64,000 nt of DNA. Origin: Candidatus Micrarchaeota archaeon. Its GTDB lineage: Archaea; Micrarchaeota; Micrarchaeia; Anstonellales; Bilamarchaeaceae. The position numbers were made by a program, and so were the translations under genes. Positions 35,692 to 44,194 of the stretch are shown piece by piece. The notes below the pieces were generated by a model that had not been told where the DNA came from, searched no databases, and worked only from the letters and a program-made list of their open reading frames with translations. The DNA is taken from contig JBBSVO010000002.1 of the NCBI GenBank assembly GCA_038046805.1, positions 2,528 through 66,527 on the forward strand, given 5' to 3'. Within the stretch, counting starts at the first letter, position 1. Each line of letters begins with the position of its first letter.

Positions 35692-36255
35692 ATGGAAGAT
35701 TATGCGTACGTTATTGAATATATGCCGTCCGGACGTTCAGCGGACATGCGAAAGGAGCCAATAGTCCAGTTGCTGGGTGCTCAGGGTTTTACTCTTCTTG
35801 AAGCCAGTGTTAGATCCGATGCGAATATCGTGATTGGCCAGAAGATATTTGTTGGAAAAGGCGAGCGTTCCGAAATAGAGCGTATCCGCAAGCGGATAAA
35901 TTATGAGGAGCTTTCCACCAGTGCAAAGGATGTTCTACCGGTTATACTGAAAAAGATGATCGAGGAACGCTCCGTGGATTTTATCTCTTTCATAAATCGC
36001 GCAAGACCTATTTCAATGCGTGTTCATACTCTAGATCTTCTCCCAGGTCTTGGGAAAAAGAGCATGGAAACCCTGCTTGCAGAAAGAGAAAAGAAGCCGT
36101 TCGAGAATTTTGACGATGTCAAGGCTCGCGTTCCAACTATCGTAGATCCTGTAGGTATTTTCGCACATAGAATACTAAGTGAGATTGAAGGTCTGGAGAA
36201 ACACTACTTATTCGTAAGGCCGCCTGCTGGATTGCAGGACGTTGGGAGACGCTAG
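35692..36255 (+). CDS. DUF655 protein (OB/HhH putative nucleic-acid-binding)
   Basis: 'EDYAYVIEYMPSGR', 'RINYEELS', 'HTLDLLPGLGKKSMETLL'. Supported by conserved context after rpoF. Confidence 0.75.
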   Translation: MEDYAYVIEYMPSGRSADMRKEPIVQLLGAQGFTLLEASVRSDANIVIGQKIFVGKGERSEIERIRKRINYEELSTSAKDVLPVILKKMIEERSVDFISFINRARPISMRVHTLDLLPGLGKKSMETLLAEREKKPFENFDDVKARVPTIVDPVGIFAHRILSEIEGLEKHYLFVRPPAGLQDVGRR

Positions 36256-36276
36256 ACGGCTAAAACTCGGAACCAG

Positions 36277-36362
36277 AAACCAACCTTTTTATTTCCTTCC
36301 CATATCCCTTTTCTTTTGTGAAAAGAAAAGGGCTGAGGGTTTCACCCCAAAAGAAAACTCAG
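36277..36362 (+). repeat. A1+B1 module: promoter-like box 'aaaccaacctttttatttcctt' followed by a compact hairpin element
   Basis: The 22-nt A box is repeated perfectly at 36385-36406. B1 (36297-36362) contains 'cccttttctttt-gtg-aaaagaaaaggg' plus 'ctgagggtttcacccc'. It is a short version of B2 (36538-36700). Confidence 0.7.
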
Positions 36363-36384
36363 TATTAACAAAACTCAGAATGTA

Positions 36385-36406
36385 AAACCAACCTTTTTAT
36401 TTCCTT
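36385..36406 (+). promoter_or_regulatory. A2 box: likely tRNA-Val promoter (TATA-like 'ctttttattt')
   Basis: Perfect 22-nt copy of 36277-36298, ending 24 nt upstream of the tRNA 5' end. Confidence 0.45.
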
Positions 36407-36430
36407 GGTGACTTTGAATTATCTACCTTT

Positions 36431-36537
36431 GGGCCCGTAGTCGATTCCATTGCATGGTTTTCTGTGCTGTTGGCGGCAGCGGTTAAGACGTCGCTCTTAC
36501 ACAGCGAAGACGCGCGGTTCGATTCCGCGCGGGCCCA
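36431..36537 (+). tRNA. tRNA-Val (anticodon UAC) with a roughly 34-nt intron in the D-loop; no encoded CCA
   Basis: Acceptor GGGCCCG/CGGGCCC plus discriminator A. Anticodon arm UCGCU-CUUACAC-AGCGA. T arm CGCGG-UUCGAUU-CCGCG. The D stem GUCG/AGAC is interrupted after about position 14 by 36445-36478; removing it gives a 73-nt cloverleaf. Confidence 0.85.
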
Positions 36538-36700
36538 TTCCCATATCCCCTTTCTTTTAGAATCCAGGGAACAAAGTTCCCTGCCCCTCCAAAAGCTTTT
36601 CGCTTTTGAAGGAGAAAGGGGCTGAGGGGTTTACAATTCGCAAGAATTGTAAAGCTGGGAAAATCCTTTCGGATTTTCACGGATTCACCCCCAAAGAAAA
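36538..36700 (+). repeat. B2: expanded copy of the B element starting immediately at the tRNA-Val 3' end (possible co-transcribed structured RNA)
   Basis: It has the same ends as B1 ('ttcccatatccc..', '..tcaccccc-aaagaaaa'). Two insertions are each made of perfect hairpins: 'cagggaac-aaa-gttccctg', 'acaattc-gcaa-gaattgt' and 'gaaaatcc-tttc-ggattttc'. Confidence 0.6.
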
Positions 36701-36856
36701 TACGTTGGACATTCAACAAGTCCATTATCCAAATCTATTCTTCAACTTTTCTTCAATATCTATCTTGCCAGGTGTTTTGCGTTTCGAGTTCGGGATTTTC
36801 AGCTCTAGGTTCCGTGCCATAGTTTTAAAAAACCTTAAAATCAACAATATTATCAT

Positions 36857-38959
36857 ATGTCCAAGTCTAAAAACGAATACTCCGAGCTTGCCATGTACTC
36901 AGAGAAGATTACGAAAGAGGACTACAAACGCTTATTTGACACAATCATAAAGAAAAATATCCCGATCTTCGAATTCATTGATTTATCAAAAATCTTCTCT
37001 TTCAGTGGGTTCCAGATCGTGGTAAAGCGCTTCAACAACACTATAAAGATGTATTTTGGCGGCAGGTCCATAGAAGCGCACCAGCAGGCTGCCCTGTTCT
37101 TTCCGTTTAAAATCGATGCGCCAAAGGAATTGGAATTAACCAAGAGCCACTTTTCACTTAAAACCAAGTTCGTGAGCCACATCAATATGTTCGACTTTTT
37201 GATAAAAGAGGATGTGGCCGAAATACGCGTAAAAATAATGAAACTGTTCGGAAGATACTATGGATTCGGGAACTTCATATCCCAGGAAGGGGAGCGCGGC
37301 ATCCTTTATCTCTCAAATCCAACAACGTTCTTTGAAATTGATCTTGAGAAAAATCCGCAATTTTATATAGAGCTTCTTGATCCGATACCAAAGGCAGTTT
37401 ACCTTAAATCTGACGATCCAATTTTTGAGCAGGATGGAATAACGATAGGCACGGACAACTTCAGTGCAATGCAGCACAGCCTTATTGTTGGTTCTTCGGG
37501 AACTGGAAAGAGCAAATTCATAGAAATATTAATTCGCGCGATGAAAAAGCGCCACGGCCACAATTTGCGCGTTCTTGTGATAGATCCGCATGGTGAATTC
37601 TCCAAAACATTCGAAGGCGAAAAAGTAGTGGACTTCGTAGAAAACTACATCGAGCCGTTTGATATCGGAAAGGAAAAGAGCCCGCTTATTACCCAGCTTG
37701 TCGCCCAGTTAATAACCTCTACAATCAGCCAGGAGAACAAGTATGCAGAGCGCGTTGTTTTCTATGCCGTGCACATGCTTGCGGAAACAGACCAGCTTAC
37801 ACTTCAGAATATCAACCTGTTGCTCACAGACTCGGCAAAAAGAATGGAATTCAGTTCATTGTGCCACAATGACGAGGTGCGCAGGTTCTTTGATGAGGAG
37901 TTCCAAAATATTTATCTTCATCACTTTAATGATGCAATACTGCCAGTCATTAATTTCATAGGAGAATACCAGCTTTATCTCGGAAAGGCAAAAAAGCTCG
38001 AAACGCTTGAAGAACTGCTGAAAAACAACGTGGTCACGGTCGTTTCATTCAACCCGCACTATTTTGGAAGAAAAATAATCCGATTCTTTGCCGGCGCGAT
38101 CATAAACCAGATTTATATGATGGCCATAAGCGAGAAACTCACAATGCCAACAGTGCTTGTAGTGGATGAATTCCCAACTGTGGAAAGCAGGGTTACAAAG
38201 GATATTCTTGCCGAAACAAGAAAGTTCCAGCTTTACATGCATGTTTCTGCGCAGTATCTAGGCCAGCTCTCAAAGCCTGTTCTGGATGCAATAGTCAGCA
38301 ACGTACGAAACATAATTTCGTTCAAATGCACCCGTGATGATGCGCATTTCCTCGTATCTATGATGGAAATCAAGGTAGAAGAGTTCTTCAAGAAAAAAAC
38401 CAGCCCAAGCGAGCTCGAGGAATCCAAGAAGGAAATGTTTCTTAAACTCCATCCAAGGGAATGCATTGTCCGTCTTTTTGACGGTGCAAAATACATTCTT
38501 CCAATGAAGGTAAAAACTGTCAATATGGAAACCTGGAGGAATATGCCGTCGACTGGTTCGCGTCCATTCCAACCTGTTCCCCCATCATCTTCTTCCCCTA
38601 CACCTCCACCTTCATCTTCTCCATTTTCTCCACCTTCTTCTGGCGGCTTAGCTCAGCCAGCTGAGAAAACGCAGGAACCATTACAGGAAAAAGATGAACC
38701 CGGCGAGCGAGAATATAAAAAATATCTTGAAGATCAAGAGCTTGAAAAAGAATCTGGCGCTCCATCCTCCGAAGAGAAAAAACTTGAAAAATTTGAAAAA
38801 GTTGAAAACCCCCCAGAGAAATCAACAGAAAAAACCAAGCAGTCTGGAAAACCAACGGGCAAATCTAAGGAAAAAGAGAAGGAAAAAGGAAAGCGGGGCG
38901 TAAAGGTTACTTACGAAGACGAAGAGGACGAGAATCCATTCAGGAATAGGGAGATATAG
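36857..38959 (+). CDS. HerA/FtsK-superfamily ATPase (DUF87-like) with a disordered P/S- then K/E-rich C-terminal tail
   Basis: 'HSLIVGSSGTGKSKF' (Walker A), 'RVLVIDPHGEF' (HerA hallmark), 'TVLVVDEFPT' (Walker B), and 'ETRKFQLYMHVSAQYLGQL'. The last roughly 150 aa are low-complexity (PPSSSSPTPPPSSSPFSPP..., EKEKEKGKR). Confidence 0.8.
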   Translation: MSKSKNEYSELAMYSEKITKEDYKRLFDTIIKKNIPIFEFIDLSKIFSFSGFQIVVKRFNNTIKMYFGGRSIEAHQQAALFFPFKIDAPKELELTKSHFSLKTKFVSHINMFDFLIKEDVAEIRVKIMKLFGRYYGFGNFISQEGERGILYLSNPTTFFEIDLEKNPQFYIELLDPIPKAVYLKSDDPIFEQDGITIGTDNFSAMQHSLIVGSSGTGKSKFIEILIRAMKKRHGHNLRVLVIDPHGEFSKTFEGEKVVDFVENYIEPFDIGKEKSPLITQLVAQLITSTISQENKYAERVVFYAVHMLAETDQLTLQNINLLLTDSAKRMEFSSLCHNDEVRRFFDEEFQNIYLHHFNDAILPVINFIGEYQLYLGKAKKLETLEELLKNNVVTVVSFNPHYFGRKIIRFFAGAIINQIYMMAISEKLTMPTVLVVDEFPTVESRVTKDILAETRKFQLYMHVSAQYLGQLSKPVLDAIVSNVRNIISFKCTRDDAHFLVSMMEIKVEEFFKKKTSPSELEESKKEMFLKLHPRECIVRLFDGAKYILPMKVKTVNMETWRNMPSTGSRPFQPVPPSSSSPTPPPSSSPFSPPSSGGLAQPAEKTQEPLQEKDEPGEREYKKYLEDQELEKESGAPSSEEKKLEKFEKVENPPEKSTEKTKQSGKPTGKSKEKEKEKGKRGVKVTYEDEEDENPFRNREI

Positions 38960-40543
38960 ATGTTTATCCCGCCAGAACTGGAACAGGCATGGAAAAGCGC
39001 CTGCAAGATTCTTTTCAAGGAAGAAATCGGAGGTCTGGAAGAATTCGATGGCTGGTTGTCAGCCTATGCACAGACCCCTCGTTTTGAAAAATCGTCTATT
39101 TCCGGCAAAACCGTTGCTTTGGGAGTGGATTGCTTTGCGGAAAATGCCAGATTTATCAGCCATGATGAAGTGGACTTTGCAAAGAATTTCAAGCCACTTA
39201 ACATTAACGAGATAAAAGATATTGATGGTATAATTACCGCCCTTCATGAACGCTTTTATTACACTGGAAACGTGATTCTCGGGAATTCAAGCAACGTGCA
39301 GGATAGCACCGATCTGGTAAATTGCAATTACATCCACAAATCCAGCGCATCAGCAGATTCCAGATACCTCTCCAACTGTCGCTACCTTGAGGGGTGCGAA
39401 TACTGCTTTGGCGTTCTTGGCGCAATGGAAAGCAAATATGCAATCATGTGCACTGGAAGCGGGTTCACGCGCTGTTTTGAATGCCACTCCGCCCAGATAG
39501 CATCGGATTGCTATTTCTGCGGCAGCATAAAGAATTGCTCAAATTGTATGTTCTGCTTTGGAACCCAGCAACGTTCCCATATGATCGGAAATCTTCAGCT
39601 TTCAAGGGAAAAATATGAAAAACTAAAGGATAAGCTCGTGGGGGAGATCGCGCAGGAGTTAAAAGATAAAAAGAAAATTTATTCGTTCTTTGACATACTG
39701 AGGGAATGTAAGAAATACCCGCACAGAGAACTGGGTATAAAAGATACTTCTCCGGAGGAGAGGTTTGACTATGGCCCCATAGAAAAGGCATTCTCGGAAA
39801 CATCCTCGCTGCTGCTTGGAAAGCCTCTATCAAGCATAGAGGAATATTCGGCATTTCTGCAGCGGAACATCCCGGAAAACGGGAGATTGCTGTCCCCATT
39901 CAGCGGAAAATCAGTGCTTGTTGCTTCATATCGTACGCATATCTCAGACCGGTTCGAACTTGGAGGCAGGCTTCTTACGGATTTGGAAGTACGGGAGCTT
40001 GGCAATGTATGCACCGACAAAGACATAGAGAAAATGGACGCCAGCAGCCTGGCTTCGGTGTGCGAAACCATTAATTCCATTGCTTATGGCGACCTTGACA
40101 AGCAAGTGGGTAACAACAGCAACATGCTGGACGCCACTGTGGTCATCAATGCGCATGATTGCTGCCATGGTGCGGCATTCGTGTTGTGCAGGAAATGCGC
40201 GTATTGTTTTTGGCCAGCCCACTGTGAAAACGTATTCGGTTCATTCACGACGTGGCACTCCAGATTCTGCATGAAATGCTTCAACTCCAAAAACCTTACC
40301 CGCTGCTTTGAAGTGGAAAGCTCAAACAACTGCTCGGATTTATATTACTCTCATAACTGCGAAAACGTCCATAATTCCATGTTCTGCTTCAATGTAAAAA
40401 ACATGCGCAATGCCATTGGCAATGTGCAACTCGAGCCGTCGGATTATCCATCAGTTAAATCTTCGCTTATTTCACAAGTCTTTGAAGAACTGGAACGCAA
40501 AAAGAATCTCAAATGGAGTGTTTACAACCTTGGGTGCGATTAA
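38960..40543 (+). CDS. Two-module cysteine-rich repeat protein (uncharacterised family), copy 1
   Basis: The ATG directly abuts the ATPase stop (TAGATG). There is no signal peptide or TM. Each half starts 'P.E.E.A(W/F)....K(I/L)(L/I)F....G.L(E/D)E(F/Y)..(W/F)L' and ends in a Cys ladder '..NLTRCFEVESSNNCSDLYYSHNCENVHNSMFCFNVKNMRNAIGNVQL'. Confidence 0.8.
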   Translation: MFIPPELEQAWKSACKILFKEEIGGLEEFDGWLSAYAQTPRFEKSSISGKTVALGVDCFAENARFISHDEVDFAKNFKPLNINEIKDIDGIITALHERFYYTGNVILGNSSNVQDSTDLVNCNYIHKSSASADSRYLSNCRYLEGCEYCFGVLGAMESKYAIMCTGSGFTRCFECHSAQIASDCYFCGSIKNCSNCMFCFGTQQRSHMIGNLQLSREKYEKLKDKLVGEIAQELKDKKKIYSFFDILRECKKYPHRELGIKDTSPEERFDYGPIEKAFSETSSLLLGKPLSSIEEYSAFLQRNIPENGRLLSPFSGKSVLVASYRTHISDRFELGGRLLTDLEVRELGNVCTDKDIEKMDASSLASVCETINSIAYGDLDKQVGNNSNMLDATVVINAHDCCHGAAFVLCRKCAYCFWPAHCENVFGSFTTWHSRFCMKCFNSKNLTRCFEVESSNNCSDLYYSHNCENVHNSMFCFNVKNMRNAIGNVQLEPSDYPSVKSSLISQVFEELERKKNLKWSVYNLGCD

Positions 40544-42121
40544 ATGTCAGCCCCGCCAGAAATCGAAAAAGCGTTCCAGACTACTTTTAAACTTATTTTC
40601 GGGGAATGCAACGTAAAGCTGGACGAGCTTGCGGACTATCTATATCGCTGGCATTATCCGGTAATCAGGAAAAAGTCCGCGGTATCCGGAAAAGAAACCA
40701 TTATTTCATCAACTTTTTACCAGGATGGCGCCAAATTCATTTCAAACGACGAAATAGATTTCGTAAAGAAGTATGAGCCTTTCGGAATAAACGATATCAA
40801 GGATTTGGATTCCATAGTTGAAGCAATCCGGGAGCGCGACCTGGTTTATTATTCCGGAAACAAGGTTTTCGGGAATTCCAGCAATCTTCATGGAGTTGAT
40901 AATTGCACGGATGTTCATTACGGGTATCAATCGCATAATGTCGCCTCTTCAAAATTTGTCGCGTATTCCTCTTATGTCCGGTACGGAAGCGAGTATATCT
41001 TCGGCTCTGGCTGGTTCCTGAGAAGCAAGTATCTCATACGCGTTATCGGGGCAGATAATCTCACGCGTGCGTTTGAATCCTATGTGTGCGGCACCAGTTC
41101 CGATACGTTCTTTTGCTATAACTGCTTTGGCTCAAGCCATTTGATGTTTTCATTCAACCAGCGGTCAAAAAGATACTGCATAGGGAACATGGAGCTTCCG
41201 AAAGACAAGTACTTCGCTCTCCGCGAAAAGCTCATTACCGAGAGCCGCGAATACATAGAGCGGAACAAATCCTTTTATTCTATTTTTGATGTTCCGCCCG
41301 TTTCCAAGGAGCGCAAAAAGGAGATGGAATTAAACGCGCCAAAGCCAGTGCAAAGAGAGGAAAACTTAAAGCCGATTGATGACGCGTTTAGGGCAACCTC
41401 AAAAGTGATATTCGGGCAGGATATCGGCTCGCTTCAGGAAAACCGCGAGTTTCTCGTTGAGCGGGTGGTTCTCGTAGAGGACATAAAGACTGTTTTTGGC
41501 AATGACGCGTGTTATAGTCCGGTTTTCCTTTTCAGGGATATTCCAAAGCAAAGGATGATTATGCGGGATGAGGAGCAGGAAGCTTCTAAAATGCAGTTTG
41601 AAGTTGGCGAACAGGACGATCTGAAATCACTAATTCAAAAAATCCGGGATATTGCGTTTTACCGGATAGACATGTCCGAGGGCAACATCACGAACGTAAT
41701 CAAAAGCCCGCTGATTTATCATGGAATAAATGCGTATTATGTCGGAGATCTTACATTTGGAAAGAATTGTGCATATTGCACGTATGCCCTGAATGACGAG
41801 TATGTTTTCGGTTGCCACAGGTGCATCCATTCAAAATTCTGTATTCGTTGCGAGGATTCGGTCAATCTTACTGCGTGCTTTGAGATGGACAGTTGCACTA
41901 ATTGCGCTAATTCGATGTTCTGCCATAACTGCGAGAATCTGGACAATTGCATGTTCTGCTTTAATACGAAAAGTAAAAGATATGCGATTGGGAATGTTGA
42001 GGTCGGGCGCGAGGAATACATGAAAATAAAAGAACGGGTTCTTGCAGAAATCCTCATGCAGATAAAAAGCGGGCAAAGGCTGAAATGGGATATCTATAAT
42101 GTGTGGCGTAAGGAAAAATAA
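40544..42121 (+). CDS. Two-module cysteine-rich repeat protein, copy 2
   Basis: The ATG abuts the upstream stop (TAAATG). It is a paralog of copy 1: 'PPEIEKAFQTTFKLIF', 'NLTACFEMDSCTNCANSMFCHNCENLDNCMFCFNTKSKRYAIGNVEV', and the C-terminal 'LKWDIYN'. Confidence 0.8.
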   Translation: MSAPPEIEKAFQTTFKLIFGECNVKLDELADYLYRWHYPVIRKKSAVSGKETIISSTFYQDGAKFISNDEIDFVKKYEPFGINDIKDLDSIVEAIRERDLVYYSGNKVFGNSSNLHGVDNCTDVHYGYQSHNVASSKFVAYSSYVRYGSEYIFGSGWFLRSKYLIRVIGADNLTRAFESYVCGTSSDTFFCYNCFGSSHLMFSFNQRSKRYCIGNMELPKDKYFALREKLITESREYIERNKSFYSIFDVPPVSKERKKEMELNAPKPVQREENLKPIDDAFRATSKVIFGQDIGSLQENREFLVERVVLVEDIKTVFGNDACYSPVFLFRDIPKQRMIMRDEEQEASKMQFEVGEQDDLKSLIQKIRDIAFYRIDMSEGNITNVIKSPLIYHGINAYYVGDLTFGKNCAYCTYALNDEYVFGCHRCIHSKFCIRCEDSVNLTACFEMDSCTNCANSMFCHNCENLDNCMFCFNTKSKRYAIGNVEVGREEYMKIKERVLAEILMQIKSGQRLKWDIYNVWRKEK

Positions 42122-42155
42122 AACCCTATAAACCCTTTCCCTCTAATTCCAAGTC

Positions 42156-43352
42156 ATGCTCATCGGATTAGTTGGAAAGCCTTCATCAGGCAAATCCACA
42201 TTTTTCCAGGCGATTACTTCGATACCCGTAGCGCGTGCGGATTACCCGTTCACTACGATTGAGCCGAACCGCGGTGTCGCATACGTGGAAATTGAATGTG
42301 TGGACAAGGATTTCGGGGTAAAATGCAACCCGCGCACTGGATTCTGCGTGAATTCCCGCAGGTTTGCACCCGTCGAGGTTCTCGATGTTGCCGGATTGGT
42401 TCCTGGGGCACACGAGGGAAAGGGACTCGGAAATAAGTTCCTTGATGATTTGAGGCAGGCAGATTTGCTTATACATATAGTTGATGCATCTGGTTCTACA
42501 AACGAAAACGGAGAGGGCGTTACACCCGGCTCGCATGATCCGTGCAAGGATGTCCTGTTTCTTGAGGAAGAACTCACTCATTGGTTGAAGGGAATTTTGG
42601 ACAACAACTGGAATAAACTTGCGCGTGAGAGTGCATTGAACAAGAAAAACGAGGACATATTACATAATCAGTTTACCGGGCTTGGAATAAAGATCGATGC
42701 GATTCGCAGGACGCTGAACGGGCTCAATCTGATGGACAAGAAGCTTTCAGAATGGAGTGACGGGGATAAGTTTGCATTTTCAAAAAGGATGCGGGAAATC
42801 GGAAAGCCAATAATAATCGCTGCTAACAAATGCGACAAGGCAACCGCAGCTGAGAACGTTATACGGCTCAAGGAAAAATTCCCGCAATATCTCATTGTGC
42901 CTTGCTCGGCAGAGGCGGAAATCGCGCTCAAGGAAGCCGCTAAAAAAGAATTCATAGAATATGTTCCGGGGGATGACAGGTTTACAGTAAAAAAAGAACT
43001 GAATGACCAACAGAAAAAGGCAATGGACGTTCTTGCCGGAGTGTTGAGGGCATATCATAGCACAGGGGTCCAGAAAACCCTGAACGCTGCCGTGTTTGAT
43101 TTCCTCAAATACATTGCAATATTTCCAGGTGGTGTGAACAAACTGAGCGATTCCAAAGGCAATATATTGCCAGATGTATTCCTTTTACCTCCTGGTTCGA
43201 CTGCTCTGGATTTTGCGTTTACGCTACATACGGATATGGGCAGGGGATTCATAAAAGCTGTGAATGTAAAGACAAAACAACCTGTGGGAAAAGAACACCC
43301 ATTGCAGCACAGGGACGTGATTGAATTATATTTCAAGAAACCCCAGGAGTAG
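42156..43352 (+). CDS. ychF: OLA1/YchF-family GTPase/ATPase with a TGS domain
   Basis: P-loop 'GLVGKPSSGKSTFF', 'YPFTTIEPN', 'DVAGLVPGAHEG', 'AANKCD', and a C-terminal TGS-like region. Confidence 0.85.
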   Translation: MLIGLVGKPSSGKSTFFQAITSIPVARADYPFTTIEPNRGVAYVEIECVDKDFGVKCNPRTGFCVNSRRFAPVEVLDVAGLVPGAHEGKGLGNKFLDDLRQADLLIHIVDASGSTNENGEGVTPGSHDPCKDVLFLEEELTHWLKGILDNNWNKLARESALNKKNEDILHNQFTGLGIKIDAIRRTLNGLNLMDKKLSEWSDGDKFAFSKRMREIGKPIIIAANKCDKATAAENVIRLKEKFPQYLIVPCSAEAEIALKEAAKKEFIEYVPGDDRFTVKKELNDQQKKAMDVLAGVLRAYHSTGVQKTLNAAVFDFLKYIAIFPGGVNKLSDSKGNILPDVFLLPPGSTALDFAFTLHTDMGRGFIKAVNVKTKQPVGKEHPLQHRDVIELYFKKPQE

Positions 43353-43379
43353 CGTAGAACAGAGTAAGTAGGTTATGTT

Positions 43380-43691
43380 ATGCTGGTAGTTTTGAGTACT
43401 TGCTCGGATAAGAAAATCGCGAACGCTATAGCCACACAGCTTGTTGAAAAACATCTTGCTGCATGCGTAAACCTTATTGCGCTTGAAGATTCGGTTTATC
43501 GCTGGAAAGGAAAGATCGAGCATACAAAGGGATTTTTACTGATCATCAAATCAAGAAGGGAAAAATATCCACTCCTGGAAATGGAAATAAAGCGCATGCA
43601 TCCCGACGAAGTTCCAGAAATAGTTGCAATGAAGTCAGAGAAAGTAAGCAGGGAATATTTGGAATGGGTCAGACGATGCTGCCTGGTTTAG
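43380..43691 (+). CDS. cutA: CutA divalent-cation tolerance protein
   Basis: 'LAACVN...S.YRWKGKIE', about 100 aa; matches CutA1. Confidence 0.8.
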   Translation: MLVVLSTCSDKKIANAIATQLVEKHLAACVNLIALEDSVYRWKGKIEHTKGFLLIIKSRREKYPLLEMEIKRMHPDEVPEIVAMKSEKVSREYLEWVRRCCLV

Positions 43692-43727
43692 CCGTTGTTT
43701 TAAATTCTTTCATTTTTAATTATACTT

Positions 43728-44165
43728 ATGGAACGCGTACTGATTATATCCGGAAGCGAAAGCGACAAGGCGATTGTGGACAAGGTTGCTGATGCACTAA
43801 AGGAGTTTGGCGTAGAATGCCGAGCCGAAGTGGCATCTGCGCACAGAATGCCGGAGAAGCTTGAGAAGCTGATTTCCGCGAGCGGTGCATCCGTATTTAT
43901 TGCGGTTGCGGGATTGAGTGCCGCTCTTCCGGGCGTAATTGCAAGCAAAACCACGAAGCCGGTTATTGGAGTTCCTGTGAACATTAAACTTGATGGGCTT
44001 GATGCGCTTCTTTCAATGATGCAAATGCCACCTGGAGTTCCTGTTGCGACGGTTGGCGTAGATAATGCAAAGAATGCGGCGATTCTTGCTGTTCAGATTC
44101 TCGCCCTGAACGACAAGACGCTGGACTCGAAACTCAAAGAAATAAGGGCGAAGTGGAAGAAATAA
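43728..44165 (+). CDS. purE: PurE-family (N5-)carboxyaminoimidazole ribonucleotide mutase/carboxylase
   Basis: 'ISGSESD', '[11 protein letters not shown]', '[24 protein letters not shown]', '[15 protein letters not shown]'. Confidence 0.85.
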   Translation: MERVLIISGSESDKAIVDKVADALKEFGVECRAEVASAHRMPEKLEKLISASGASVFIAVAGLSAALPGVIASKTTKPVIGVPVNIKLDGLDALLSMMQMPPGVPVATVGVDNAKNAAILAVQILALNDKTLDSKLKEIRAKWKK

Positions 44166-44194
44166 GAAAAGAGAAAAAACAGAGTAAGAAAAAA

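Noticed and set aside
36483-36950. ORFs 36483..36725 (-) and 36606..36950 (+).
   Set aside because: They run across tRNA-Val and the hairpin-rich B2 element. Their reading frames are made of repeat and stem sequences, and the real downstream gene starts at 36857.
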